Shown piece by piece: positions 1 to 17,000 of a stretch of DNA of 64,000 nucleotides. Both the position numbers and the translations under genes were made by a program. The notes beneath the pieces were generated by a model. That model was not told the DNA's origin, searched no databases, and saw only the letters and a program-made list of their open reading frames with translations. Source of the stretch: Eledone cirrhosa. Its lineage: Eukaryota. The DNA is taken from the NCBI GenBank assembly GCA_964016885.1, contig OZ024746.1:61318001-61382000 (forward strand), read 5' to 3'. How positions within the stretch are numbered: position 1 is the stretch's first letter; each line of letters begins with the position of its first letter.

Positions 1-334
1 ATATATATATATATACATATATACATACATACATATATATATATATACATATATACATACATACATATATATATATACATATATACATACATACATATAT
101 ATATATACATATATACATACATACATATATACATACATACATATATATATATATACATACATACATACATATATATATATACATATATACATACATACAT
201 ATATATATATACATATATATATATACATATATATATACATATATACATATATATACATATATACATATATATACATATATACATATATATACATATATAT
301 ACATATATATACATATATATACATATGTATACAT

Positions 335-367
<33 letters not shown>

Positions 368-404
368 TATATACATATATACATATACATATATATATAT
401 ATAC

Positions 405-453
<49 letters not shown>

Positions 454-524
454 CATATATATATATACATATATATATATACATATATATATATACATAT
501 ATATATATACATATATATATATAC

Positions 525-555
<31 letters not shown>

Positions 556-802
556 CATATATATATATACACATATATATATATACATATATATATACAT
601 ATATATATATACATATATATATATACATATATATATATATACATATATATTATACATATATATTATACATATATATATACATATATATATACATATATAT
701 ATATACATATATATATACATATATATATATATACATATATATATACATATATATATATATACATATATATATACATATATATATATATACATATATATAT
801 AC

Positions 803-867
<65 letters not shown>

Positions 868-1116
868 CATATATATATACATATATATATACATATATAT
901 ATACATATATATATACATATATATATATACATATATATATACATATATATATACATATATATATACATATATATATACATATATATATACATATATATAC
1001 ATATATATATACATATATATATACATATATATATACATATATATACATATATATATATATACATATACATATATATATATATACATATATATACATATAT
1101 ATATATATACATATAC

Positions 1117-1149
<33 letters not shown>

Positions 1150-1157
1150 CACATATA

Positions 1158-1223
<66 letters not shown>

Positions 1224-1294
1224 CATATATATATATACATATATATATATACATATATATATATACATATATATATATACATATATATATATAC

Positions 1295-1325
<31 letters not shown>

Positions 1326-1398
1326 CATATATATATACATATATATATACATATATATATATATACATATATATATACATACATATATATATACATAC

Positions 1399-1445
<47 letters not shown>

Positions 1446-1528
1446 CATATATATATATACATATATATATACATACATATATATATACATATATATATAT
1501 ATACATATATATATACATATATATATAC

Positions 1529-1575
<47 letters not shown>

Positions 1576-1614
1576 CATATATATACATATATATATACAT
1601 ATATACATATATAC

Positions 1615-1653
<39 letters not shown>

Positions 1654-1688
1654 CATATATACATACATATATATATATACATATATAC

Positions 1689-1737
<49 letters not shown>

Positions 1738-1766
1738 CATATATATATATACATATATATATATAC

Positions 1767-1797
<31 letters not shown>

Positions 1798-1812
1798 CAT
1801 ATTATATATATA
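1..1812. repeat. (TA)n/(TACA) compound microsatellite
   Basis: TA runs interrupted by CA; the I/Y/H/T ORFs here are artefacts. Confidence 0.98.
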
Positions 1813-3490
1813 CGATTAGGGACCGGGTGAATATAGACGAGATGCAATTTGGGTTTGTTCCAGGGAAAGGCACCACTGATGCGCTCTTCCTTGTGAGGCA
1901 ATTACAGGAAAAGTACCTAGCTAAAAGTAAGCCACTCTACTTGGCATTTGTCGACCTTGAGAAAGCCTTTGACAGAGTTCCACGTGCAGTAATCTGGTGG
2001 GCTCTTAGAAAACTAGGAGTAGATGAATGGCTTGTGAAAGCGGTACAAGCCATGTATAGGGGAGCAGTCAGCAAAGTTAAGATTGGCAATGAGTATAGCG
2101 AGGAATTTAGCGTACAGGTTGGGGTCCACCAGGGCTCTGTTCTTAGCCCTCTCCTGTTCATCATAGTCCTGCAGGCAATAACAGAGGAGTTTAAGACCGG
2201 ATGCCCATGGGAACTCCTGTATGCTGATGACCTCGCACTCATAGCTGAATCTATGGTAGAACTAGAGAATAAATTCCAAACCTGGAAGCAGGGACTAGAG
2301 AGAAATGGCCTCAAAGTCAACATGACAAAGACTAAGGTCCTTATAAGTAGACGAGAAAACAGAACCCAGATCCCCTCAGGGAAATGGCCTTGCTCAGTAT
2401 GTAGGAAAGGTGTAGGTAGGAACTCCATTCTTTGCCCCAAATGCAAACAATGGGTACACAAGAGATGTAGCGGGATCTCAGGAAGCTTAATTAAGAATGT
2501 AGGATTCACATGCAGCAGCTGTGCTGAAACAGCAAGCAAACAGCCACAGGAAACAAGTACCACCAATCTCTGGGAGGGCCCTGTAGAAACAGTAGACAGC
2601 TTCTGCTACCTAGGTGACCGAATTAGCAACGGAGGTGGGTGCTCAGAAAGTACAATAACTAGGGTAAGAACGGGATGGAAGAAGTTTAGGGAACTACTAC
2701 CACTGCTAGCTGCAAAAGGCTTCTCCCTCAGAATGAAAGGCAGACTGTATGATGCGTGTATCCGAACAGCGATGCTGCATGGTAGTGAGACCTGGGCGCT
2801 GAAGGTGGAAGACTTACGTAGATTAGAGAGAAACGAAGCCTGCATGCTCCGATGGATGTGTAACAGTAATATACGTGAACGACAAAGCATAAATGAATTG
2901 AGAGAGAGACTGAGCATAAGAGGAATCAAATGCTGCGTGCAGGAGAGGCGGTTACGCTGGTATGGACATGTGATGCGTATGAAGGATGACAGCTGCATAA
3001 AAAGGTGCAGAGCACTAGAAGTTGATGGAAACCGCGGAGTGGGGAGACCCAAGATGACTTGGGATGAGGTGATAAAAGCCGACCTTACCCAACTACACCT
3101 CTCAAAGTCAATGACACACGACCGTGACTTCTGGCGTCACGCAGTAATACAGGGTACCCGACCTCCCATGGGTACATGCTGAAGCATATAAACGATATGC
3201 CCCCCCCCCCCCCCCCACCGCAAGGTGGTCGTGGAGGCGCCACGGCAAAAAAGCACCCAGCCCACACTGTAAAGTGGACGTGTAGGCGCCACGAAAAAGC
3301 ACCCAGCACTCACTGTAAATGAGGTTGGTGTTAGGAAGGGCATCCAGCTGTAGAAATCAAGCCAGATCAGTTCCTGTATGAGCAAGGCATGGTCAGCCGA
3401 CCAGACACTGCCCACAACAGGACAACCCGTCTAACCCATGCTAGCGTGGAAGAACGGACGTAAAACGGTGATGATGATGATGATGATGAT
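1813..3490 (+). mobile_element. 5'-truncated RTE/RTE-X-like LINE (RT ORF 1827..3182, 3' UTR, (TGA)n tail)
   Basis: RT motifs [33 protein letters not shown]; Cys/His insertion [16 protein letters not shown]; LHGSETW and RLRWYGHV; tail gatgatgat. Confidence 0.93.
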
Positions 3491-3845
<355 letters not shown>

Positions 3846-4480
3846 AGGCTTGGCACTTGTTGGTATAAGACGTGAATTGTCGTCTCTCCGGATTTGAAAT
3901 TTTAATATTTTAAATCGACAGTAATCGGATTTATGTATGGTTTTAATTCTTCAGAGGACAAGGAAAACATACAAAAAAGATAAGTTTTTGTGCTTTGACG
4001 CAATTATTTTGAAGTATATTTTACATATATTACCGTTTTGAACATGTTTATTTTCACTGTATGATTCATTCATGGGAGACAACACACACACGTGCTTTCT
4101 ATTTTTGTTTCATACAGAGCATTTTGGTTTAGCTTAAGCAATTTTGTATTAATTTTGATATTTCTGAGTAACATAATTTAATTTGATATAATCTTGTTTG
4201 ATTTTGTATAATCTTATCTGTATTTGACCCGATTTCGTTGTTTCTTGTATGATATGCTGATATTACAATAACTCCGTATATTTGTAAACAGACATTTACA
4301 TCGTGTTTCTATATCTCTGTTTCCGGTTTCTTCCATTCATTAATTTAAATTTAGATTTAAAAATTTATTTTTATATTTATGAACTGCAGTTGCTCACGCT
4401 CTCACGCTGTCTCTATCTCTCTCCCCCTCTCTCTCTCTCGATCAACGAGCTCTCTTTCTCCCTCTCTCTAGATCAACGAG

Positions 4481-4514
<34 letters not shown>

Positions 4515-4719
4515 TCTCTCTCTCCCTCTGACCCCCCCCCACTCTTCCCGCTATCTCTCTCGCTCCCCTCTTCTGTCTCCCCCTTTTCTTTTCTTTTCTT
4601 CTGTTTCTCTTTCTTTTTCTCTCGCTGGAGTTATATCTCTATCTCCCTCCCTCACTCTGTCCCTCTCTAACCTCTACTCTACACCTCCCACTGTCCCTCT
4701 TTCTCCCCTCCACAGCGAA

Positions 4720-5682
4720 ATGGACTGCATGCAGGAAAAATGGGAAAAATGTGAAATCAGGAGTCAGCGAAACTGGTCGAAGATTGAACTAGCGGTTTTG
4801 ATCAAGGGGTGGACTATGGCTGATGGGTCTCCACCAAGCAAAAAGATGGTGGAGAACCTGAAGAGCCATGGGTTTATGAGGACCCTGGTACAGATAGAGA
4901 GAAAGAGAAAAGAAATTGAGAAGGCGTATGTCCTCATAGCGCCTCATATGGCGATGCTAAGCCATGTCCTCAGGGAGGAGAAAACCGAAGGGAGGGATGA
5001 GGAGAAGGAGAGGGAAAAGGAAGAGGAAAAGGAAAGGGAAAAAGAAAAGGAGGAGAGCACAAGCACGGACCTGAAAGAAAATGATATACCCTCCGCTACA
5101 GGCAGGGAGGGCAGGCCGGGCAACCAACAAGCTAAGGGCAAAGGTGAAAAGCGAAATCACCTTCCGAAGGAGAACCAAGCGCAGAGGGACCAGTGGACAA
5201 CTGTTCAAAGAAAGAACAGAAAGCACCGAGACACTGGGAGCAAAAAACACCAAGTAATGTGCAAGTTTTTCAAGAACGGGACATGCTGGCATGGAGAGAC
5301 AGGGATGGGATGCAGATTCGCCCACCCTAGGTCTCAAACGAACTATGCCCATCATACTCGCACAACATGCCCCAGCCAAAGCCGAAATAAGCCGCTCCAG
5401 AAGTATGCTGATGTCGCGCGTGCTGCACCAACAAGGAGAAGGCACGCACATGCCGACGAGATACAGATGGCAGCAGCAGATCAGAAAAATTTTTTAGTGA
5501 TGGCAGAGAAGATTGTGGGACAGCTGACCTGGCTGCATCGTCTCCAGAGCCAGGGTCATCCACACCAGCACTCGAGACCACCGCAGTTAAGGGACCCAGA
5601 GTGGCCGCCGCTGACACCAGACCAGGTGTCATACCGACAGCCATTACTGGCACCCCAAAAGTCATACCAGTGCTGCTGCTGA
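4720..5682 (+). CDS. LINE ORF1 protein with CCCH zinc finger
   Basis: ATG at 4720 in the 4303..5682 ORF; CKFFKNGTCWHGETGMGCRFAH; E/K-rich charged segment; position upstream of and overlapping ORF2. Confidence 0.75.
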   Translation: MDCMQEKWEKCEIRSQRNWSKIELAVLIKGWTMADGSPPSKKMVENLKSHGFMRTLVQIERKRKEIEKAYVLIAPHMAMLSHVLREEKTEGRDEEKEREKEEEKEREKEKEESTSTDLKENDIPSATGREGRPGNQQAKGKGEKRNHLPKENQAQRDQWTTVQRKNRKHRDTGSKKHQVMCKFFKNGTCWHGETGMGCRFAHPRSQTNYAHHTRTTCPSQSRNKPLQKYADVARAAPTRRRHAHADEIQMAAADQKNFLVMAEKIVGQLTWLHRLQSQGHPHQHSRPPQLRDPEWPPLTPDQVSYRQPLLAPQKSYQCCC

Positions 5683-8629
5683 ATGTCAGGGGCCTGGTGA
5701 AACTCAGCAACATGAGTAAAATTTCCTACCTGGGAGACTTAGCCATAAGCAATCAAGCACTATGCATGGCACTAACCGAAACGCACCTGACAAGCAGTAT
5801 AGCAGATGCAGAAATACATATACCGAAATATACTGTATTTCGTTCGGACAGGAAGGAGAGAACTCATGGTGGGGTTGCTCTGTATATCCGTGAAGATGTC
5901 ACACCAATTGTACTGTTGACACATTCAAACTCAGTCTGTGGCACACTGATAATACATATGAAGCAACTACAGACGGTAATATGTCACATATCGGCCGCCC
6001 GATGCCCCCAGTCATGAGGGTAAATTTGAGGATAGCCTAAGTAGGATAGAAGAGGTCCTTGACAAACTGGACCAGGGTCTCAACATCCTACTGCTGGGAG
6101 ACTTCAACCTACCAAAGGTCAAATGGCCTGAGGGCCACCTCCTCCCTGGAATGACGTCAATAGAACAGAGACAGACGGAATCCCTGCTGGCCCTCACACA
6201 CAGGCTGTTCATGGAGCAAGCAATACTCCTCCCAACAAGAGGCGAAAATGTCCTGGACCTCTGTTTTACAAACAACGAAGTGCTCATCCACAATGTAAAG
6301 GTGACACCAACAATTCTCTCGGATCATAACTTGGTAGAGCTAATGATATGTGGTCCAAGAGAACCAACAGAGACAAAACCACCAAGAAGCTCCGGGACGC
6401 TATCCAGCCTTAACTTCTACGGGGCTGACTGGAAGAAGATTAAGAGTGAAATCCGGAAGCAAACATGGAGTGCAAACATCACCACACAAGACACTAACAC
6501 ACAATTTCAACACTTCATGACAACGATACACACCATATGCAAAAAGTGTGTCCCGGAGAAAGAGGCAAACAGACACAAAAATCTTATTCCCAGAGATAGG
6601 AAAATCCTTATGAGACGTAGAACTAAACTCTCAAACCAGTTGAATAGTCAACAAAACCAAAACAAGAAGGAATCCTATTTGAAACGTGCACTACTTGACA
6701 CCGAGATTGCACTCAAGCTTTCACATGAGAATGAGAGGGCAAGGAAAGAGAACAGGGCCATAGAAAACGTTAAAACAAACCCTAAGGCCTTCTTTAAATT
6801 TGCAAAAGAAACTGCCTCAGTACACTGCAAGATTGGACCACTCTTCCACACGGACGGTTCATTAACCGAAAATCCCCAAGAGATATGTGAAATACTGAAC
6901 GAACAGTACAAAAGTGTCTTCACATGTCCACTGAGGCACATGCAAATAACGAAGCCAGAGGAGTTCTTTGATGCCACAACACTACATCAAGAAATGGCAA
7001 CCATCAACCACATAGACATAACGGAGGAGGATGTGGTGTACGCCATTGATGAAATTAGAACAGACTCGGCTGCTGGACCTGATGGATTCCCAGCAGTTCT
7101 CCTAAAAATATGTAAGCGGGCCTTAGCAACTCCACTGAAGATGCTCTTCAGAAGCTCCTTGGCTAGCGGTGTACTACCCAGGGAGCTGAAAGAAGGCACA
7201 ATATGCCCTATCCATAAAGGAGGTAGTAGAGCGGAGGCCAAGAACTATAGGCCAGTCTCCCTGACGTCGCATATCAGTAAGGTCATGGAGCGAGTCGTCA
7301 GAAAGAAACTAATCACTTTCCTCGAAGAAAATGACCGCCTGACTAGCACGCAACATGGCTTCCGCCCAGGAAGAAGCTGCCTTACACAGCTGCTACATCA
7401 CTACGACTGGGTACTGAGACAGCTCACATGTAGACGTGATATATCTTGACTTTGCGAAGGCCTTTGACAAGGTCGACCACGGAATGATATGTCACAAACT
7501 ACACGGACTCGGCATAACTGGAAAAGTAGGTGAGTGGCTGCATGGCTTCCTGAGGGACAGAAGCCAGGCAGTCGCAGCAAATGGGGCCCTCTCGAGGGAA
7601 ACACCGATAACAAGTGGGGTGCCTCAGGGGACAGTCCTGGGACCACTACTGTTTTTGGTGGCTCTCTCGGACATGCCCTCTGTGGTGCATGCAACAACAT
7701 CCCTCACTAGCTATGCTGATGACACTAAGGTAGCACAGGCAATCAAAAACCCGGCTGACGCTGCCCTCTTACAGCAGGATCTGGATGCCATATACAGATG
7801 GGCGGAAGAAAACAACATGCAGTTTAATGCTGGCAAATTCCAAGCCCTACAATACAAACCTGCAAACACAAACACAAATATAGCGGAACACAGCTACACA
7901 GGACCAGGAGGGACCGATATCCCCGTGTCAAAATCGATACGAGACCTGGGCATAGACATGAGCGATGATGCATCTTTTTCTTCACACATCATGAAGGTGG
8001 CGACAGCATGTAGACGATTCGCTGGCTGGATCTTGAGGACTTTCCTTACAAGAGATCGAGACACCATGTTGACACTGTGGAGGACTTTTGTCCTAAGCCG
8101 CCTGGACTACTGCTCCCAGCTGTGGTCACCCCATAGTGTCAAACTAACCACAGAGCTTGAGGCAATCCAGCGAAGCTACACCAAGAGGATTGCCAAGATG
8201 AGGGAGACAAGCTACTGGGAGAGGCTGAAGGAACTGAACCTCTACTCCTTGGAGCGAAGACGGGAGAGATACGCAGTGATCTACATGTGGAAAATCCTGG
8301 AGGGACTAGCACCAAACTTTGGCATTGGGAGCTGGACCAACCGTCGAACAGGACGTCACTGTGTGGTGCCAAAGGTCCCGTCTTCCACATCTAGAATAAG
8401 GAGCAGGTATTGCAATAGCCTGGGATTCAAGGGCCCTCAACTCTTCAACAGGCTGCCGAGGCATCTGCGAGACTTGCATGACGTGGAGGTGGATGTCTTT
8501 AAGAAACATCTCGACACCTTGTTATCCAGGATCCCGGATGAGCCCACAGCAAGACACGAGGGAAACCTAAGGGCAGCAGCAACAAACTCCCTCCTAGACC
8601 AGTGGCCAACCTATACAGGCAGGAGATAA
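5601..8629 (+). pseudogene. LINE ORF2 (APE endonuclease + RT) with two frameshifts (~5985, ~7425)
   Basis: LLNVRGL, LTETHL, YRPP, LLGDFN, LDL, SDHN; [44 protein letters not shown], split over three ORFs. Confidence 0.9.
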
Positions 8630-9138
8630 AATGTGTAGCAACAAGGGCGGCGCCCCAGCATGGCCTCAGCCGGATGGCTGAAACAGGTAAAAGAGTAAAA
8701 GAGTATACATATATATATATATAACAATATAATTAGAAACACACAGATACATGCGGACACACACACATATATACATGAATGCATCCGCACCCAACTGTGA
8801 GTTAAGGGTGCCAACTTCACCGATGTTGCTCAATGAATGACTGGGACAGACCAATTCAGTTGAACTAGACTGAACCAGTATCAGAGTTAAAAATACATTA
8901 TGAAGAGAAGAAACATTTAGATATAATTAGTAATAAAATGTATCATACCTAAACTGCTCCTAAATTCCTCGACTACGTAGTTTCGTACCCCCTCCGCCTC
9001 CGTGGTATTTTCTTCGGGGTTATAAGAGGCTTAGCTCTGTTTCTCGACCGTTATATCGCGTGACTATCTCCCCCTCCGCCTTTTGGGATTCTTTCTCACG
9101 TCGTGTAGACGCGTTCTTGAGACTAGTAAAATGAGGTA

Positions 9139-9228
9139 TCCTCTTGATAAGTCGGCAGACCTCGCAAGGACTCTATATCTTCATGATATATTGTTTTTGT
9201 TTATGCCACGAAACTACGTAGTCGAGGA
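9139..9228 (+). ncRNA. Type I hammerhead ribozyme, U3-A8 core variant (copy 1)
   Basis: Stem I tcctc/gagga; core UUGAUAA; stem II gt(c)ggca/tgccac with long loop; GAAA; palindromic stem III ctacgtag; GUC site, cut after 9223. Confidence 0.8.
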
Positions 9229-9735
9229 ATTTAGGAGCAGTTTAGGTATGATACATTTTATTACTAATTATATCTAAATGTTTCTTCTCTCTTCATAATG
9301 TATTTTTAACTCTGATACTGGTTCAGTCTAGTTCAACTGAATTGGTCTGTCCCAGTCATTCATTGAGCAACATCGGTGAAGTTGGCACCCTTAACTCACA
9401 GTTGGGTGCGGATGCATTCATGTATATATGTGTGTGTGTCCGCATGTATCTGTGTGTTTCTAATTATATTGTTAATAACTCCCTCTGGTCGAGCAATCTT
9501 TGAGGTGTGGGGACAGCTGGAAGGCTTCCATTACTCATACTTCTTGCCTTCTTCACCACCTCTTCTGCGGCCTCGATATAAATACCCCCTCCGCCTCCGT
9601 GGTATTTTCTTCGGGGTTATAAGAGGCTTAGCTCTGTTTCTCGACCGTTATATCGCGTGACTATCTCCCCCTCCGCCTTTTGGGATTCTTTCTCACGTCG
9701 TGTAGACGCGTTCTTGAGACTAGTAAAATGAGGTA

Positions 9736-9825
9736 TCCTCTTGATAAGTCGGCAGACCTCGCAAGGACTCTATATCTTCATGATATATTGTTTTTGTTTA
9801 TGCCACGAAACTACGTAGTCGAGGA
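9736..9825 (+). ncRNA. Type I hammerhead ribozyme, U3-A8 core variant (copy 2)
   Basis: Same sequence as 9139-9228; cut after 9820. Confidence 0.8.
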
Positions 9826-9897
9826 ATTTAGGAGCAGTTTAGGTATGATACATTTTATTACTAATTATATCTAAATGTTTCTTCTCTCTTCATAATG

Positions 9898-9903
9898 TAT
9901 ATA

Positions 9904-9937
<34 letters not shown>

Positions 9938-9942
9938 CATAC

Positions 9943-10009
<67 letters not shown>

Positions 10010-10261
10010 CATACATATATATATATATACATACATATATATATATATACATACATATATACATATATATATATATACATACATATACATATATATATAT
10101 ACATACATATACATATATATATACATACATATATATATATATATATATACATACATATACATATATATATATATACATACATATATATATATATACATAC
10201 ATATATACATATATATATATATACATACATACATATACATATATATATATATACATACATT

Positions 10262-10301
<40 letters not shown>

Positions 10302-10302
10302 C

Positions 10303-10360
<58 letters not shown>
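9898..10360. repeat. (TA)n/(TACA) microsatellite
   Basis: direct inspection. Confidence 0.97.
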
Positions 10361-10362
<2 letters not shown>

Positions 10363-10910
10363 TATTCCGGGTTGAATCGGAGGTAACCACAGTAAGTAAG
10401 GTACTCAATACATAGCAGAGTATAATAGTTTTAATATAGAAGAGATTCTACAGGACTAGAACTGTTTCATTCATTAGAAATCATCAGGAATCTGGGTATC
10501 AAAAAATAAATATGGTATTTATAGGTCTCTACAAGTGGTAGGAGAGGGTGGGGAGTGGGATGGGTGCAGGTCATTGGTTGATAGAGAAGGGAATTCATTA
10601 AAGGCTAATTCTACATAGCTATAGTTAATTTATATTTATTTATGTTTTTAGAGTAACAAAGGCAGACAGGAATCTATAAACAAGTTCCGGATGGCATACC
10701 ATTCCTTGTCAATAAGTTTCTCTTAAGCTAGCAGATGTCTATAAAATCAGTGGGGGGTCATTCATGCTCGATAGAATTAAAGAAAAGGGAGATTCTTTAA
10801 AAGCTAAAGTCATTAAGTTCTGCTAAGTGACAAAGGTCTAGGGAATTCTGCAGACAGATTCAAAATACTGAGTGCATATCTTACTATTATCTTCGAACTT
10901 CTCTTAAAAA
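10361..10910 (-). mobile_element. Penelope-like pseudo-LTR-type fragment with hammerhead
   Basis: Minus strand: CCAAT-like (aaccaatg) and TATA-like (ctataaata) motifs followed by a hammerhead; embedded in (TA)n; related copy at 44.9-45.1 kb. Confidence 0.6.
10443..10493 (-). ncRNA. Type I hammerhead ribozyme
   Basis: agattc-CUGAUGA-tttctaatgaat-GAAA-cag(ttctagtc)ctg-UA-gaatct: 6-bp stem I, short stem II, stem III, GUA triplet. Confidence 0.8.
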
Positions 10911-14051
<3,141 letters not shown>

Positions 14052-17000
14052 ATGTAAGTATGCATGTATACGTACATACATATATGTATACAGACGTATA
14101 GTAGCATGCACATATATATATATATATATACATATATACATACATATGCATACAGGTACACATACATATATGCACGTATCAGTTTAGCGGCGCTAACGTC
14201 GCTTTGTTCGTTTGTAAACAAACTGAACAGCCTGAATTTATGCCATACGGTGTTAAGGCAACCACGTCACCTTTTTGTTCAACACTGACACAGGAACGAT
14301 GTACTAGTTTCAAGCTTGTTAGCTATCATCAGCACCGTTTACCCATCTGCCAGATAGTTGAACGTTCGAAAGTATATACTTTCCTTATGAAAATTAACGG
14401 CTGAGCAGCCTAATTTGCATATTGAGTGAGTTAAATCGGTCAGGCATACCGAAAACGATAAATTGAAACAAAATGAAAACGAAATTTCATTTCTCACTCT
14501 TAGTATGGCACTTACTTAAATGTAAGTATGCATGTATACGTACATACATATATGTATACAGACGTATAGTAGCATGCACATATATATATATATATACATA
14601 TATACATACATATGCATACAGGTACACATACATATATGCACGTATCAGTTTAGCGGCGCTAACGTCGCTTTGTTCGTTTGTAAACAAACTGAACAGCCTG
14701 AATTTATGCCATACGGTGTTAAGGCAACCACGTCACCTTTTTGTTCAACACTGACACAGGAACGATGTACTAGTTTCAAGCTTGTTAGCTATCATCAGCA
14801 CCGTTTACCCATCTGCCAGATAGTTGAACGTTCGAAAGTATATACTTTCCTTATGAAAATTAACGGCTGAGCAGCCTAATTTGCATATTGAGTGAGTTAA
14901 ATCGGTCAGGCATACCGAAAACGATAAATTGAAACAAAATGAAAACGAAATTTCATTTCTCACTCTTAGTATGGCACTTACTTAAATGTAAGTATGCATG
15001 TATACGTACATACATATATGTATACAGACGTATAGTAGCATGCACATATATATATATATATACATATATACATACATATGCATACAGGTACACATACATA
15101 TATGCACGTATCAGTTTAGCGGCGCTAACGTCGCTTTGTTCGTTTGTAAACAAACTGAACAGCCTGAATTTATGCCATACGGTGTTAAGGCAACCACGTC
15201 ACCTTTTTGTTCAACACTGACACAGGAACGATGTACTAGTTTCAAGCTTGTTAGCTATCATCAGCACCGTTTACCCATCTGCCAGATAGTTGAACGTTCG
15301 AAAGTATATACTTTCCTTATGAAAATTAACGGCTGAGCAGCCTAATTTGCATATTGAGTGAGTTAAATCGGTCAGGCATACCGAAAACGATAAATTGAAA
15401 CAAAATGAAAACGAAATTTCATTTCTCACTCTTAGTATGGCACTTACTTAAATGTAAGTATGCATGTATACGTACATACATATATGTATACAGACGTACA
15501 GTAGCATGCACATATATATATATATATACATATATACATACATATGCATACAGGTACACATACATATATGCACGTATCAGTTTAGCGGCGCTAACGTCGC
15601 TTTGTTCGTTTGTAAACAAACTGAACAGCCTGAATTTATGCCATACGGTGTTAAGGCAACCACGTCACCTTTTTGTTCAACACTGACACAGGAACGATGT
15701 ACTAGTTTCAAGCTTGTTAGCTATCATCAGCACCGTTTACCCATCTGCCAGATAGTTGAACGTTCAAAAGTATATACTTTCCTTATGAAAATTAACGGCT
15801 GAGCAGCCTAATTTGCATATTGAGTGAGTTAAATCGGTCAGGCATACCGAAAACGATAAATTGAAACAAAATGAAAACGAAATTTCATTTCTCACTCTTA
15901 GTATGGCACTTACTTAAATGTAAGTATGCATGTATACGTACATACATATATGTATACAGACGTACAGTAGCATGCACATATATATATATATATACATATA
16001 TACATACATATGCATACAGGTACACATACATATATGCACGTATCAGTTTAGCGGCGCTAACGTCGCTTTGTTCGTTTGTAAACAAACTGAACAGCCTGAA
16101 TTTATGCCATACGGTGTTAAGGCAACCACGTCACCTTTTTGTTCAACACTGACACAGGAACGATGTACTAGTTTCAAGCTTGTTAGCTATCATCAGCACC
16201 GTTTACCCATCTGCCAGATAGTTGAACGTTCAAAAGTATATACTTTCCTTATGAAAATTAACGGCTGAGCAGCCTAATTTGCATATTGAGTGAGTTAAAT
16301 CGGTCAGGCATACCGAAAACGATAAATTGAAACAAAATGAAAACGAAATTTCATTTCTCACTCTTAGTATGGCACTTACTTAAATGTAAGTATGCATGTA
16401 TACGTACATACATATATGTATACAGACGTACAGTAGCATGCACATATATATATATATATACATATATACATACATATGCATACAGGTACACATACATATA
16501 TGCACGTATCAGTTTAGCGGCGCTAACGTCGCTTTGTTCGTTTGTAAACAAACTGAACAGCCTGAATTTATGCCATACGGTGTTAAGGCAACCACGTCAC
16601 CTTTTTGTTCAACACTGACACAGGAACGATGTACTAGTTTCAAGCTTGTTAGCTATCATCAGCACCGTTTACCCATCTGCCAGATAGTTGAACGTTCAAA
16701 AGTATATACTTTCCTTATGAAAATTAACGGCTGAGCAGCCTAATTTGCATATTGAGTGAGTTAAATCGGTCAGGCATACCGAAAACGATAAATTGAAACA
16801 AAATGAAAACGAAATTTCATTTCTCACTCTTAGTATGGCACTTACTTAAATGTAAGTATGCATGTATACGTACATACATATATGTATACAGACGTACAGT
16901 AGCATGCACATATATATATATATATACATATATACATACATATGCATACAGGTACACATACATATATGCACGTATCAGTTTAGCGGCGCTAACGTCGCTT

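Larger units (their letters stand above)
3846..8703 (+). mobile_element. Near full-length CR1-like LINE, family A (ORF1 + frameshifted APE-RT ORF2)
   Basis: Long 5' UTR with CT-rich tract, ORF1, endonuclease and RT motifs, short (GTAAAAGA) tail repeat next to (TA)n. Confidence 0.9.
8722..9897 (+). mobile_element. Non-coding Penelope-like/retrozyme-like element: 597-bp partial tandem with inverted 5' arm
   Basis: 8986-9300 is repeated at 9583-9897 (offset 597); 8722-8986 is the reverse complement of 9208-9474; both ends abut (TA)n; carries hammerhead folds. Confidence 0.75.

Noticed and set aside
14398-14465. Plus-strand hammerhead-like ctgagca...ccgaaa in the 466-bp unit
   Set aside because: Core is CUGAGCA and I could not form stems I and III
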